Positions 13,472-28,051 of a DNA stretch of 64,000 nucleotides are shown here, in pieces; position 1 is the stretch's first letter, and each line of letters opens with the position of its first letter. This DNA comes from Antedon mediterranea. Taxonomy: Eukaryota > Animalia > Echinodermata. The stretch lies in NCBI RefSeq assembly GCF_964355755.1, contig NC_092672.1:14384001-14448000 (forward strand). The letters run 5' to 3'. The translations under genes and the position numbers were made by a program. The notes beneath the pieces were generated by a model. That model saw only the letters and a list, made by a program, of their open reading frames with translations, was not told where the DNA came from and ran no database searches.

Positions 13472-15136
13472 GTGACCCGATCTGGCAAAACCCTACTTTT
13501 GTCGGAAATATTCATTTTGTATTTTTTGATATATTTGGATTATTTTAATCATAAGCTTTGTAGTGGTGTTAATTTCATAAAAATTGAGTAAATATTTAAA
13601 AAGTTATTACATTTTAAAAACTTACAAATCATTCAATTAGTTTACGAGAAAATCGCGTTTGAAGTTTGCAATGAAATTCTTTTTGATACGCGCTGAAAAC
13701 TCACTCCGTAGCAACGCGGTATTTTGGTCTAAGGCACAATGACATCATACCAGGAAGTGTGTGCGATAATAGCAGCGTGCACATCATAGTCAATTTGACT
13801 GATTTCAGACCCCGTTTTAACCTATTTAGTCACTCGAAGTAACTATTTTGCACCATTGAAAAGCAGCATTATAACGTCAAGCTTATTTTAACTGGTTTCC
13901 TAGGTGTTTACGATATCAACAGCGAAAAACCAAGCAGGCCTAGGCGGCCTAGGCCTAGCTAGGCGGCCTAGGCCTAGCTAGGCCTATTCAGATTTTCGCC
14001 GTCATCGCCTGTAAGACTTTACTGATGGGTGTTCATCAAGCCGTATATGGCAGCGGTGCATCGACACTGGGCTGGCGTTAGTAGTAAACTAGCCTAGACA
14101 AGTTTGGCGCCTTGCAGAGTCACAACTTGCTAGCTACTAACATTGTATTGACGATTTAATACATTTATTTTTTTTTATAACGTGGAAGATCGCTGTATTG
14201 TTTGGACTTGAATCCAATGATTAAAAAAAAACATTTAATATGAATGGACTGGACAATAAATTAAATAAATAATTAAGAGCCGATTGGATATATAAAATGT
14301 ATAAAGAAAACTATTATTGACAATAAAGCTAGGCCCAGTAGTAGTAGGCCTACAACCATAATAAAATTAAGGCCTAGCCCAAAAAAATATAGGAAATACA
14401 ATTGAATTTATGACGTGAATTGTTTTTGACTTGTCTATTTTATTATGGAATAAACAAATACAGGCTACAGCTATTGCAGAACACGCCGAACACTTTACTT
14501 TGAATATTAAAATCGTTTTTATTCCAATTTACGACATGCTGTGTGTAAAATGAAAATAACCTCACAAAAATGTAAACAACTTTTTATTTCCACGCGTAGA
14601 GCGTATAACATCTAGCGCGTTGACCAATAACGTTTGTTATTGCGATGATGCGCCATAGCAACACACGCAGTTCGCTGTTCTAGAAACTTCGAAGAACCGA
14701 ATTTTCTGAAAATATGTCATAGTAAATCAAAGATTTCATTGGTTCCTTCTTTAAACTCCGCCCTAAATCTTCCATATTTGGAATGTCAAATGGATGAGCT
14801 TTATTTTGATGTGTGACCTTTCAACATTGTGCAGCGAACTGGCGATCAAAATGTCGTCAAACTCGGCAACTTTCAACTGAATTTACGCACAATTTTAGTG
14901 GAGATCGTGAATAAATTGTTAGGCTTGAGGAAAATACATGTTTTTAAAACTTTCTTTTTTCATAATTTTAAATAAATTTCGGGAGTTTAAATCAGGTAGA
15001 CGTATTCTTAAATAGTGAAATATTTCGAAAATGCAAAAACATGTAATCTGCCAGGGTAGTCGAATTGGACGTATTTTGACTGATTACGTAAATTTTGAAT
15101 TGCCGACAAAGAGAGGGTTTTGCGAGATCGGGTCAC
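13472..15136. mobile_element. Non-autonomous DNA transposon, ~1.7 kb, ATAT target (compatible with the Sola1 AWWT TSD)
   Basis: TIR GTGACCCGATCTGGCAAAACCCT..TTTGTCGG vs GTGACCCGATCTCGCAAAACCCT..TTTGTCGG; ATAT at 13468-13471 and 15137-15140; no ORF. Confidence 0.8.
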
Positions 15137-16614
15137 ATATTGAGAATGGACATTTTAAGATCGAAATGCAAACACCAGGCCTATTAAAAACGTCAGGTGT
15201 ATGCCTCGCCTAATACTTATCTATTTATTTACTTCAAGTAATATATATATGCAAGAATGATTTAAAATAATTATAAATTTTCATTAAAACGCCTAATAAA
15301 TCAAACAAAAAGATTTTGCACACAAGCTTCGAAAGAAAGCCAATAATAAAGCATAACAACAAGTATTTAACATGCGGGAGGTACCAAATGCAATAATTAC
15401 AGTAGATGGGAAGAACAATTAGGCTTTTGAAAGTGGCTGCTTACGTGAGGTGGCCGCTCACAGAGGTTCAACTGTATATATTTAATACCATTTTTGATGA
15501 ATGATGGGAAGAAATTCAGGGCCATATATATAGTCACCTCATCTAAAATGTTCAATTCCTCCGCATAATCTTCGCTCCTAAAAATGAAGGAACTGAGACT
15601 GACAGAGTATTTTTGATAAATGTACGGAATTGATGATTTTCCTTATTGATAATAAGCAACAAAATGACCTTGAATATCAAATCCCTACAAATTCTTAGCA
15701 ACAAAATGAGATAATTGGCATGCACTGAAGATCAAAGGTTTTTGAGAATAATGTCCGGATCAAAGATCTACATAATTAATTAATTCATTCATTCATTCCA
15801 TTAATCTGGTTTTAATATTTACCAGGAACTTGTTTTCACATCTCCCTGAAACTTTCTTTTGGGAGCTATAGGTTACACTGTAGGCTCCGGGGGATGTAGC
15901 CACCTCGTCGGGGAGCCTAGCCCCCTGTCGGGGAACGCGAGTACTTTTCGTCGGGGAATATAATATACAGTAAAAATCATTCGCGTTCACTTCGTAGCTT
16001 CAGCGCCTAGAAAACCGCGACGTTCCATTTTTTTAGTATGTCAGAGGGCTACACTTTAAATGCATGCATTATTGCCAGCATCTAATAAACAATAGGTACG
16101 CACTTGTCTGGCGGTGTCCCTTTGTACGAATCGTTTAACGTGTTTTACGTGTGATATCATGTTCCATCCAGGGACCAGAATGAGTACTGTAGTTTCTAGG
16201 CTAACTTTACCAAAGCGTTACGTCGTGTACTGAGTACGCTATACAGCAAAAGGGTACGAATTATGTTCGCGATCTATTGTTCGTATGTTCAATTTTTAAA
16301 TTTACGATTAACCCTCTGTACCGTGGGGTACCTAAAATAGACGTTTCACTGTAGACTCGCCTACATTACTAAACAAAAAACATGTCATTTTTGTTTAGCA
16401 TCTTATTATAGCTAAGTTATTACATGAACCAATGTCCTGTATGTCATGAACTGCTCATCGTACATCGAAATTCCAGATTCTGGGAAATAAACTGATTTCC
16501 CCGACGGAAAATAGTATACAGTACGCTTGTGGACGCATTCCCCTCCAAATAAAAGGTAAAAAGAGTTACCTTTTTAGGCCTCTTATAGGCCTGAATTTTT
16601 TTAAGTATAAATGT

Positions 16615-17325
16615 AGTTTTTGAAGACCTGCAGCTCTAGTTTTCAAACTTTTCTTAGCTCAACCGTTCCTAATTATAGAGCTGGTCATGGATACTTATAC
16701 ATTTCGTTTTATATTTCGATGTACAATATACACTACTGTAAGTGCATTGTCTGGAAACCTAGAGCTCTCTTTTTTTTCATTTTCTTTTATATCCATGGTA
16801 AAAATAGAGACGTACCGGTATATATTTTGTTTTATGCTTCGAAGTATAATAAGTTAAATTTCCGGTACCTAGAAACTCTATTTTTCAAAAAGTTCTTAGC
16901 TCCACCCCAACCATGGTGGGCTGGTCCTGTAGACCTATAATTTCGTTTCATAATTCAATTTTTTGCAGGGACCTAACAGCTCTATTTTCACAATTTTCTT
17001 AGCTTCACCCAACCATCCATTGGGGGCTGGTCGTGTAGACTTATAATTTCGTTCCATTTATCAATATGGGCTTAAAGTGCCATTTCCAGGTACCTAGCAG
17101 TTCTATTTTTCACAATTTTCTTAGCAGCTCAATCCTAATGGTAGGGCTGGTCATGGAGATTTTATGTTGTATATTTTTAGAAATACTATAATCCAATTTT
17201 CGGGGACATAACAACTCGTATAACTAGACTTGTAATTTTAACTTTTCATATATCAATTAATATATAATAATATAATATAATTTGCAGGGACCTAGCAGCT
17301 CTATTTTTCAAAATTTTCTTACAGA
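16615..17325 (+). repeat. Degenerate tandem units (~105-130 bp) within a hAT-like MITE remnant
   Basis: Recurrent GGACCTAGCAGCTCTATTTTTCA..TTCTTAGC..CAACCATGGTGGGCTGGTC in about 5 copies; related copy near 43845; TIR-like end CCTGGCGCCACCGCTG near 17725. Confidence 0.55.
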
Positions 17326-18689
17326 TGAGCCCATGGGTGTTAGTCTCGCGCATTTACAGTTTTCGCACCCCCAGACAGCAACCTGCTTATGCCTCTGCGA
17401 TTATAACGATATACCTCTTACTTGGCCCGTGGGTAAGTTTTACGTTCGAGTATATTTTCTATGATAGGCATATTGAACTTTGAAAACTTTATTTTTATAT
17501 TTGAAAGAATGGATTTACACAGTCATCGCATCGGATCTCGTGCAATGTGTTATTCACACAGTATTTTATTCAGTGTACCATACAAAATGGAAAAAGTTGG
17601 CTACCCTAAATCGGATTAAAACGGCCTCAAATTACGCTTTAACGCGTTGTTTATGGGGGCTCCGCCCCCTTGACCTCCGTCGGGGAATTTAGCCCTCGCG
17701 TCGGAAAGATCCTGGCGCCACCGCTGATTCATAGCCAGACAACTGGTTCTTAGGCAAGTTTGTTTCTCTCACCCAGGTGAACAAATGGGTACCTGGTAAA
17801 GTAAAAACACAACTGCGATGATTACTAGCAACATATGTGTTCTAAAATGACCGGGGTCTGTGAAGTCCTTTTACATTAGGCATACATACAATTTAAGGTA
17901 ACAGAAATGATAATTTTCAACTACAGTGTAATACTTAAAAGTAAATCTATGTTTATAAATATTTTGAGAATAAAGCAATTTGAAAATGAGCTACAAAAGC
18001 CTGGACAGCAAATTTATGAGGGCTAAAAATAACTAGGGGAAACTCTAAAACATGTGATTGTATGCTATTTTGTATACAATACATCTACCTTTTTTTCCCC
18101 TCTAGATAAAAACAAGTATTATATTTCAACACAATTTGCTCAATAACTTTATTTGATTTGATTTTATTTTTACAAAACAGGGCCAACACAAAAATTATCC
18201 AGTGTTAATTGGTCGATTTCTGAAGGGATATCCCTTCACTGATACATACTGCATGTCATGTTAGCATTGCAATGTAATGTACGGTTGTTAAAAGCCTAGT
18301 AATATATTAAATTAAATTAATTTGTAGTTTGTATGGTAAATGAGTAAACATACCTAACAATTATTATACAAATAATAGTTGGTAATAATATTTCATGAGT
18401 TGAAAAATTGACTGATATATATTTTAATGAGGCAGAGCCGATTATTTGTTTTATAACACACCTAATTTTATTCAATATATGTATCGTAAATCATTGATGA
18501 ATGCTAAGCCGAGAAGCTAGGCCATTAAAAAAAGCAGTGCTCCAACTTTAGATGTGGAGTAGAACAGTTATAGATGAAGGGCACATGTTGATTTCGGAAC
18601 GCAATCAGTCAACAATCAGATAGAATGGCATGCAATAATTTAATGGCTTAATTTTTAAATATTACTTTTATAGTAAAGATTATTATGTC

Positions 18690-19145
18690 TTCCAGCAATT
18701 TGAACGCATAGTTAAAAGAGCTAAGAAATGCATAAATGGAGATAATAATCTGCCTAGTGTTATGGAAATGTATGATAATCGAATGGAACAGAAAAGAATT
18801 GCAATTATGAACGATGACACTCATCCACTCCGTACATTCTTTGTGTTTAATCGTACTGGGTGTAGACTAAGAGTACCATCAAGGTTACTGACAGCACGGT
18901 ACCGACTGTCGTTTGTCCCACAATGCATATTTAAATATAATGACAACAAACACAAATAGTTGTATTTTCAAACACCTGGGGAACGCCTGATTACATTTAT
19001 CCTCTGTACATATTTTATTGTTCTTTGTATTTTACTTCATGTTTTAACATTTTACTGATTTTATTCTATTTTTATATTATGCTGCCATGAGAAAAACCAA
19101 TTTCAGATCTTTTGTTGACGAACTATTTGACAATAAAGTTATCTT
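18690..19145 (+). mobile_element. 3' end of a CR1-group LINE (Rex1/Babar or L2-like)
   Basis: IMNDDTHPLRTFF..RLRVPSRLLTARYRLSFVP is a typical ORF2 C-terminus, followed by a 3'UTR and AATAAA. Confidence 0.7.
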
Positions 19146-21319
19146 GTATATTTGTGCCAAAATAGATTTGTTTAGCAAATTTTGTTATTCTTGAGATGCT
19201 GAATCCAAAAAAGATAGGTGCCATTTTTTCAACCACTTCTTCAACCGCCATTTCGTATTTCAAAATGGCCGACATTCCACACTAAACTGGTCATCTATGG
19301 TATCATTGGAAAGGGAATGTAATACTGATCATTTATTTTATTGTGTGACCAATAACAGTCAAAAGGTCAACATGCAATTTCACCAAATACTGTACTGTTT
19401 GGTATCGTTAAATAGCTTTTTTATTCAGAATACAGTTTTATCAATGTTTGTTTGATTTTCTTTCTACTTTGTCATTGTCAATTTATATGTTTAATATTAT
19501 ATTATATATTATCTTAATACTAAAATAAGTACGGTACTGGATTACCATTAACTTATTAAAAAATCAAAATAATTAATAGTCCATGAACAAAGGTGAAATA
19601 ACCTGTTGTCAAATCACATCCTTGTTTTGTTTCTTTGGATAGCTTTTTAAATTCTGAATCTATTTATTTTTAGTAGTCTAAATTTCTGTTTTATAATAAG
19701 GACTTTCTTGTCAGTGGGGAGATAGTTCAAATTACACAGTAAAATCTCTATTCTTTTGTACACAAATTTTGTAAATAGAGAGGCATTTTTAATAAAAAGC
19801 TATGAAAAATAAACGGTGTGGTAAAAAATGTTATCAGATGACTAAATATAGGTAATATAACTTGAATTTTACATTTCTGGTATTTTTATTCATCTTCAGA
19901 TTTTTATTTTCATGCTATAGCAAAAATTATCCACCGTACACCCACCATCTTTTTTCACCTTCTAGGAAGTCACCAGACATGTTATTACATTAGGTTAACT
20001 ACCTAACTACTGAAAAAAAGTCTTCCTGGTTTTTATGGAAGAATTTTGCCAAATTTTGTATTTGGTCATATTAAGGGAAATTCATGTTTTTTCGTCTTGA
20101 TTTCTGTTACAAATATTTGATTTATGTACAATTAACCAAATATTATATTTAAAATTCATGCCTGTACCTGAGCTTTAATTACTATTTATGAATTCAAGAG
20201 TTTAAAAAGAAAATGCGATTTAAAATCTTCGGAAAATACCCACAACTGAGTTATTTTCAAAACACACGCACTTCTACAGTACCACCAGCAGCGTCACGTT
20301 GTCTACTCTGTAGCTTGCGCCTTGTGTGAATGCTGACGTCATCATGCTAAAAAAATACACCATTCTCCATTTCAGTTTTAATTACCGCCTTGGCCCTCTG
20401 TGTGTGCAAGCGTTAGCGTGATATATTTACACCCCTGAGTGGCGTGTAATATCGTGAACTTTTTTCTTGCATATGAAGGTTTTTCACGCTGCTGCTCTAG
20501 CCCTCTACGTCACACGAGATGACTTATTTATTAGATGAAATCAAGCAGCAGTTATAGTACTACACTTTGACATTTTTGCTAAAATGGAAACTCGACTATA
20601 ATTTATAGGTACCAGCTGCATTTCTGGTATATATGAGTCCCATGACAATACTGTATTTCGCTGTCAGATAATCATTGAATTATTATCAAAACAGTCCATG
20701 AAAGTTTTTGTTTGTAATATGATAAGTGACCCCCAGACTTGACCTTAGAAATAAAATAAACTAAATTGAGTCTGTTTCATATCAAAGTTATTCACTTCTG
20801 TAACAAAATTCACATTATAAAAAGAGAAAAGAAATGTTTAATTATAACTCAAAAACCACATTGTCTGACAGACAATTGAAGTATTTTGCTTTTAATTACA
20901 TGTTTTCAGGTAAAATAACTATTATGTGACAATAAAATGACACATTCAAAAACAAATTTGAAATAAAAAATATTTTTCAGAGGGACAATATATCTTTAAA
21001 ACTGTTACGTCAATAAGCGAGCAGCGTTTTTTGTAAGAAATATTTCTTGTTATATAATAATAGGGAGTTTTCAAAAACGTCACGCATACGTATTCGTTTT
21101 TCGTAAACCAGTAACATCAAAGCAAGTGAGGACTTTAAAAACTGCTATTTATCAAAATTGACCTGGCATTTTAGTAAATTACTTTACCTCCTAAACTCTC
21201 CCCCGCTCAGTGCTACGCACCTCGTTTATACCACTTTCGTCGATTTGCCACTGCAAGCATATGTATGCGAGTTTGGTGTAAAGGTTATGTAACCCCTTTC
21301 AACTAACAATAGCTTCAGC

Positions 21320-23720
21320 CGACTGACAATAGAACAGAAACGCAAAAACAAACGAGTGAATTTGCAAAGAAATAGGGTTTTTAAACTACTCGCATCAAAA
21401 ATCTTGTACATTAAATATAACTATGTTTGAAAATTACAAATCACAAATATAATTCTTGCCTCTTGTACAAAACTGAAGTTTTTTGGACAAGTAGTTCTTG
21501 AGAAAATACAATTTTAGTTTACTTGTTACTTTAGGACTGCTCACCGGCTTTTGAAATTTCTGTCCTATCTTTTAACACTAGCTTCTAAAATAATTTTAAG
21601 AAGTGGTCCAGAATTGGGACCGTTGTCCGGATTGCCTCCAACATTGACCACATATCCATCTGTATTTTCATTTTGGAAAAGATCTTGTAATTACTTTTTG
21701 AGTAATCCTGCTAACAAACAAACAAACAAACTACCCTTCGCGTATAGCGCGAGACTTGGCCAAATCAAAATTGGCCTTCTAAACACACTTGATCTTGACC
21801 GATTTTAACCCAATCAAAGTTCCGTATGTCATAAACCTTTCTTGTTACATAAAAAAAGAGACATCATTTCTCTAGATTTCATTATAAATCAGGCGTGTAA
21901 TTTATATACTAAGAAATAAACTTAAACAAACAATACGGATAATAAAAAAAAATACTGATTTCGTTTCGTTTCTCAAGGTTAGACTCGATCTCGGTAACTT
22001 GAACGCTGTTGACACCAGCACAGACCACCGAGCCTGGCTAACATTATTGTAGGCCTATTGTAGTACAGTAATTTGGAGTCATTCGGATAAAAATTGTGAG
22101 CGCTTGAGTTATGACAAACAAACGCACACAAAACCGGACAATAGAACAGCAACGTGAAAAACAAACGGGAGAATTTGTAAAGAAATAGGTTTTTTAAACT
22201 ACTCGCATCAAAAACCTTGTACAATAAATCTAATTATGTTTTAAAATTACAAATCACAAATAATAACCATTGTCTATTGTACAAAAATGAAGTTTTTTGG
22301 ACAAGTAGTTCTCGAGAAAATGCAATTTTAGTTTACTTTAACCGATTCACCACGATAAGCGCTTAAAGCGCTCAAAAGGTTAAAAGTCAAGGTCATTGTA
22401 AACAAATTATCAACATAAAAAAAGTAAATCGAATTTACATGCGCAGTTTGCTGTGCATGAATCGTAACAACAAATTATACAAAATACTCACAACTTTTTT
22501 TTTAAAAATATGCTTCTAAATATATAAAAACAAACGCTGTTCGAAACGCGACAGGCGCGTTGAATGAATCTAGGCCTAAACATACAACGTAAAATCGTCT
22601 AAAATCCATCTTTATTTCTAATAATCACTATTTTGAAGCTTGTATACAATAAATGTATAATAAATAAAGATTATGTATCAGTTACAGTGTCTAAATCGTC
22701 ATATTTCCATGTAAAAATGTGATTTTTCTACCGGAGAAAAGTCGTGAAGATGTCCTCACGAGGGCCGCGCCATATTGTTTACCTTTGATTGTAATATGAA
22801 CCCTGACATGTCAGATGCATTATGGGCATGAAATATTTGTTCAAACTCTGCGCAAAGGTCAGTTTATTGAAGCATAACTTTTGACAAACATTTTGATACC
22901 AAACTTGTTTTAATTTCATAAGTTTTCGACGCATTTTCGTCAAATTTTCTGCAAGCTACACGTCTAAAACAGCGGACTAAGCTCCCGAGGGATGCCGGTG
23001 CGCGTGAGAATCGCGAATTCCAAGTCGCTTTCGGGATGTTTTTTTTAACATTCCCGGTGAACAAACAGCGGCAAGGACGCTCTCGGGGCGGTTCCCGATA
23101 GGCCTAGGCCCCAAATGGTCATCGTCGGATGAGTCAGTCTACTAATTTCTTCATAATTTCGAAACCGGTCATTCATAATGGACAAGTTTGTTCTTATTTT
23201 GAAGAGAAGAAATAGGTTCTGATGAAGAGATGAGTTTTATTATGAAATATTTATTAATTTTTGTGCATTTGGTAGTCAAAGATAAATTACAAATTTTTAA
23301 AAATTTTCCTAAAATATTTCTAAAATTTGCATAATCCATACTCCGCCAAAATAAGTTGTAACACAAATTTGATAACATATTTGGAAATAAAATGTCCTTT
23401 GCATTATTTTTGTTTTTTAATTTTTTTAATGTCTGTGTTTAGAAAAAAAGTTAGGGTTAATTATATGACATATGCTTTTTGGGTCCCAGGGGAGCAAAAT
23501 AAACTTAGGGGTCAATGGGTTAAGACTGCTTACCGGCTTGTGAAAATTCTCTCCTATCTCTTAACACTAGCAGGTCTAAAAAAATGGGCCGTGGTCCGGA
23601 TTTTCACCAAATTTGGGCAGCCGACATGTATGGCAGTAATTTGGAGTTATTGGAATAAAAAGTGTGAGCGCTAGAGTGATGACAAACAAACAAACACAAA
23701 AACCGAACAGATCAACATCA
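21320..23720 (+). repeat. Locally duplicated ~0.8 kb repeat unit; second copy interrupted by a TTAA element
   Basis: 21320-21525 matches 22135-22337; 21535-21580 matches 23524-23570; 22065-22140 matches 23634-23710. Confidence 0.7.
22342..23519. mobile_element. Non-autonomous piggyBac-like element
   Basis: TTAA|CCGATTCACC ... GGTCAATGGG|TTAA; a paralogous empty site lies at about 21526-21545. Confidence 0.7.
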
Positions 23721-24427
23721 ATTTGGCCAAGTAACAAACACGCGTGATGGATGGATTTACAAATAATGAGATAAATATTTATATCTACTGCCGATCAAGG
23801 TTTTAAAAAATGTCAATAGTATTAATAGAAATTCTATATTCAAAATTAACTAAAACAAAGCGTTTTCATTAAAAATGTATCTAGTGCGCCTCATACAAAT
23901 TTGCGCAACCAACATAAAAACGAGACCGATATAAAACGTAATATAATGATAAAAAGTGTATCTAGCGGCGCTCCATACAAAATACCGGATGTTGATTTTA
24001 TCGCGACCGATTTCATCTGACACCGCTAGGCCTAGCCTACCGGTGATAGACAGCTATCTATCACACACTATTATATCAATCTTTCGAGTCAATAGCTACC
24101 CAAAATGCATGTAAGGTATGAGGAAATACTTACAGACAGTGATTCCTCAATATGACGGTTTTAGTAAGATGAATTAGCTGATCCTCCTAATTGATGGACA
24201 ACAGGAGGCGCGGAGTAGATAAATATTCAAACTTTCATCCACATTCGATTCAACTACACTCTCATCTCGTCACGATCTCGTAAGTCATCATGGAATACTG
24301 TACTAAGTTTGTACCTACAGTTGATGTGAAATAAATTACATCCGAACGAGAACCCCTAGCTCACTAAATTTTAATAATATTTATGTAGGCCTAGTATGGC
24401 GCGCCAAGCTGTCATTTATTCAAGCAA

Positions 24428-24590
24428 TATAGATATCTTAGTTTTAAATAGAGATATCTTGAGTTCTCAAAAGAGATATCTTAGTTTTCAATAGAGATAT
24501 CTTAGTTTTCAATAGAGATATCTTAGTGTTCAATAGAGATATCTCTATTAATAGAGATATCTCTATTAGGCTAATAGAGATATCTTAGTT
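24428..24590. repeat. ~21-bp tandem repeat (ATAGAGATATCTTAGTTTTCA)
   Basis: About 7 imperfect copies directly visible. Confidence 0.85.
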
Positions 24591-24645
24591 TTGTTTCCTG
24601 TTGCAAAGTATGAAGGGAAGGGTATGCTGTGAACGTGGTGGGGAA

Positions 24646-25180
24646 GGTAACGGGACGATTCGGCCCTGAGAGGGCCCTGAGACCATTCGGCCCTGGGACG
24701 ATTCGGCCCTGGGACGATTCGGCCCTGGGACGATCCGGCCCTGGGACGATTCGGCCCGGGACGATTCGGCCCTGAGACGATTCGGCACACTTACATTTAT
24801 CGGCTTTGATGCATTTGGATAAAGATGCAATAAAGCAAACATTTTAAACAAAATTGTCGAAAATGATCATTTTTCAGTCACGCGAACCACCTGCGCGAAC
24901 GATGTAAACAAGTTACGCCCTCTGTTGGCCGCTTGGCGAATGCACGAAATAAACAAGGTTTTCGAAGTAATAAATTGAATATAAAATTACGTTTTTTTAG
25001 TAATTTATTATATATATTAGGCCTATATCAACATCGTATTAATAAAATACGGATTGTTAAACACCTTTAAAAACTTGATAAATACCCCAAAAAATGAATA
25101 TGAATTTGGTCTAAAGTGAGACGTTTCGGCCCACCAAGTGGGATGTTTCGGCCCAAAAGTGGGCCGAAACGTCCCGGGCG
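24646..25180. mobile_element. Foldback/MITE-like remnant with 16-bp GGGACGATTCGGCCCT array
   Basis: About 8 tandem copies at 24652-24786; related units, one inverted (GGGCCGAAACGTCCC), at 25117-25176; no TSD found. Confidence 0.5.
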
Positions 25181-27555
25181 CGATTTTTTTTTTCGTACAT
25201 GAGTTGGGGACCCCTCATGAAACGTCACAAAATAAACATGAATAATTCATCAGTTAAATTTGTTGTTCCGTGTGCACCCAAGCGTATAGCAACAAGAAGT
25301 GATTACACCGTAACTGCGATACGATTCTTTCTACATAACAATAGGCCTAGGATTCTAGGTCAATTCACGTGATTGCCTTCGCGCACTCTGATCTTCTTCA
25401 CACACACACGTCCGTGCGAGGAGCTTTCGAATTTGTTGCGGACTTCTTTAATTGTGCGAGGAGCTTTCGAATTTGTTGCGGACTTCTTTAATTGTGCTTA
25501 GCTCTTCTTTAATTGCGCGTTTCTTCTTTATTTGTGAATTTCGTTTTATATTTTCATGCTTTCTTTTGTTTATATGCGATTTCTTCTTTAATTGTGTGAT
25601 TCCTTCTTTAATTGTGTAATTCTTTCTTTAATTGTGTGATTCTGTGTTATATTGTGCGTGACAGTTGTGGGCCACCGTACATTTTTGTATTATAAACTTT
25701 TTTCCAGAAGCCTAGGTATGTGTGTTTTCTCTCCTCTATCATTAAATTATTGTGGGCGTGGCAAGCAATGCTTGGCTGGTCAGGAATGGATCCGGCTGCG
25801 AGAGAATAACGCCCCACACCAGACCTGTCCTTTCTACAATCGGTGCCCTCTGCTGATGGTCGTGTAGGAGAGTATGTTAAGTATTTACTGGAGAAGATCG
25901 AACTGTGGAGAGGTGGGAATTACAGACAGTCAGTATCAATAAAGATTAGGCTTAGGACTAGTAGGTCCGGTACATAATCATCATATATATATAATTACAA
26001 GTCTAGTCTAGCTACCCGCTAAACTAGCATGATTGACAGACGATCGACAATTGGACGATCGGGATTTTTTTAAGACGATTGGGTACCAACGTGTGCGGAC
26101 GTTCGGGCCCAACTTTGTGGATGTTCGGCCCCAATATTATTAGACGATCGGGCCCATTATAAAAATAAAGGAAAGACAATCGGGTCCACGAAAACGAATT
26201 GGATTTATAATTGTTCACCATAATTTTAAAAAACACATTTTATCGTAATTGTCTAATTGAATTTTTTTTTTTTTGGATAATAATTTTTTTATATAATTGT
26301 TTTAAATTTAAATTTATATAGATTCGTATTAGTTAAGTATAGTTTTTATATATTTTGTAATTTTTAAGAGGGCCCCTGAATATTAGCTGGCCTGCGAGTT
26401 CATCTGGAAGGGTTACCCTCTATAAATAAAGTTGAAATAAATAAAAAATAAAAAATATATTATGATTACCCCTATTTATATTATTAAAGGGACATTGTTT
26501 TTCTATACCAAACACAATAAAAAAACAAAAAGTTATTCATTTAATTTAAGCAAAAAGAGTGACTTACTGTAGTTTCAATTTCTCTCTCGGCCCAACAATT
26601 GGAATAGTAGACACAGATATATAGTTACCAAATATCAATGTGTTTTTTTCTTTAGCTTACCTTTATTAATCTCATCATTTTCTATCATATCTTATTCTTA
26701 ATCGCAAGTAATGGCTACAATTCATATTATAAACATTTATCAGATAGAGGGACAATTCTGCCCTGAGATGATTCGTCCTTTGGGGAGATTCGGCCTCCCA
26801 TAGCACATAGTTTCAGCACGCATAGACTTCTCCGAGCGCCGTGCCAAAAACATTTTTGAAATTTCATTCTCTAGAAAATGTGTGACACTCAAAAAAAACA
26901 GAACAGCGATGGCCAGAGAAAGTTCAATTAAAGTGACGAGAATAAAAGGTAACTGATATGCCGATCAAATAACATGCCACAAAGAATAAAATTGCCAAAG
27001 AATTCTGGAGTGCATGTGAAAAAGACTTACTGGATGACCCGATCATCTGACAATCGTCATACCCTTAAATTAAACTAGATCTAATATGCTTAGCCCTAAC
27101 CTAGAGGCCTACAGTATGTTGAAAAGAGTTTAATCACTTTTTATACAGTAATAATTGGTGTAGTAATGAACAGTTTTTATTGTTGTCCATGTACTAAGCC
27201 TGGCGCTAGTTTCATTCACTTGTATTTTGACTACAAATTTGATAGCTAAAGTAATTGTGTGAATACCACACCTTAGAATTATGCCTCATAAGTAATTAAT
27301 ATAAAGAATCAAATAAAAATTAATTAGTACATTGATTTTACAGACGTGTTTCTCGCACATTGTTCGCAAATTTCTCATTCATTGTTCAATAGTCTTACTC
27401 TATTGAACACTTGCGTTTCCAAGCATTCAGTTTTGGTGACCAATTCATTGTTTTGACATTTTAAGTTATGATATTGATATTTGAATTAACTTTTTTTTAA
27501 AATATACTTTTATCCTTATATCCTGCTCCAAATGGATAGGGCCCGGGTGGGGATT

Positions 27556-27804
27556 CTTTTCACATCTGCAAAATGTCACAACTTGTAACCAGGCTTGCAT
27601 AGTATGAAGACAATTTTCTGGAAAATCTCCCCAGATTCCACAGGGGTCCCTTACCAACTGACCAATCATAGTAATCAAATAGTGCGCAACTATTCTTTCC
27701 TCCTGAGATTTCACAAGGTTCGCGTATGCATGTGTGAAAACATGTAATAAGTCGGGAGATCAAACCTGGTTACAACTTGTTAAAATTTATGCAGATGTGA
27801 AAAG
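27556..27804. mobile_element. Small MITE upstream of the Kelch CDS
   Basis: 15-bp TIR CTTTTCACATCTGCA / TGCAGATGTGAAAAG plus inner inverted repeat TTGTAACCAGG / CCTGGTTACAA. Confidence 0.6.
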
Positions 27805-28051
27805 GTTATTATAGGGGTTCAGTCCACTTTGTGTTTCTGCCAACTTGCAACTTGTTTTGTATGCCTTTATTGGCAAAAAGAAAGAGAATCAAATATTGCA
27901 AGATGGGAAACCCACCTTTAGCCATCAGTCACTTTTCATAACTCTTCAAATAATTATGTGCATATTACAAATTAATAATCTGTTAAGTCAAAATAATTAA
28001 ATTTTTGTTTCATTTAGAGTTTTGGAGTAAACCGTAATCTATTCATCCAAT

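Noticed and set aside
24566-24851. ORFs with GPNRPRAESSQGRIV repeats
   Set aside because: Translation of a 16-bp tandem array; not coding.
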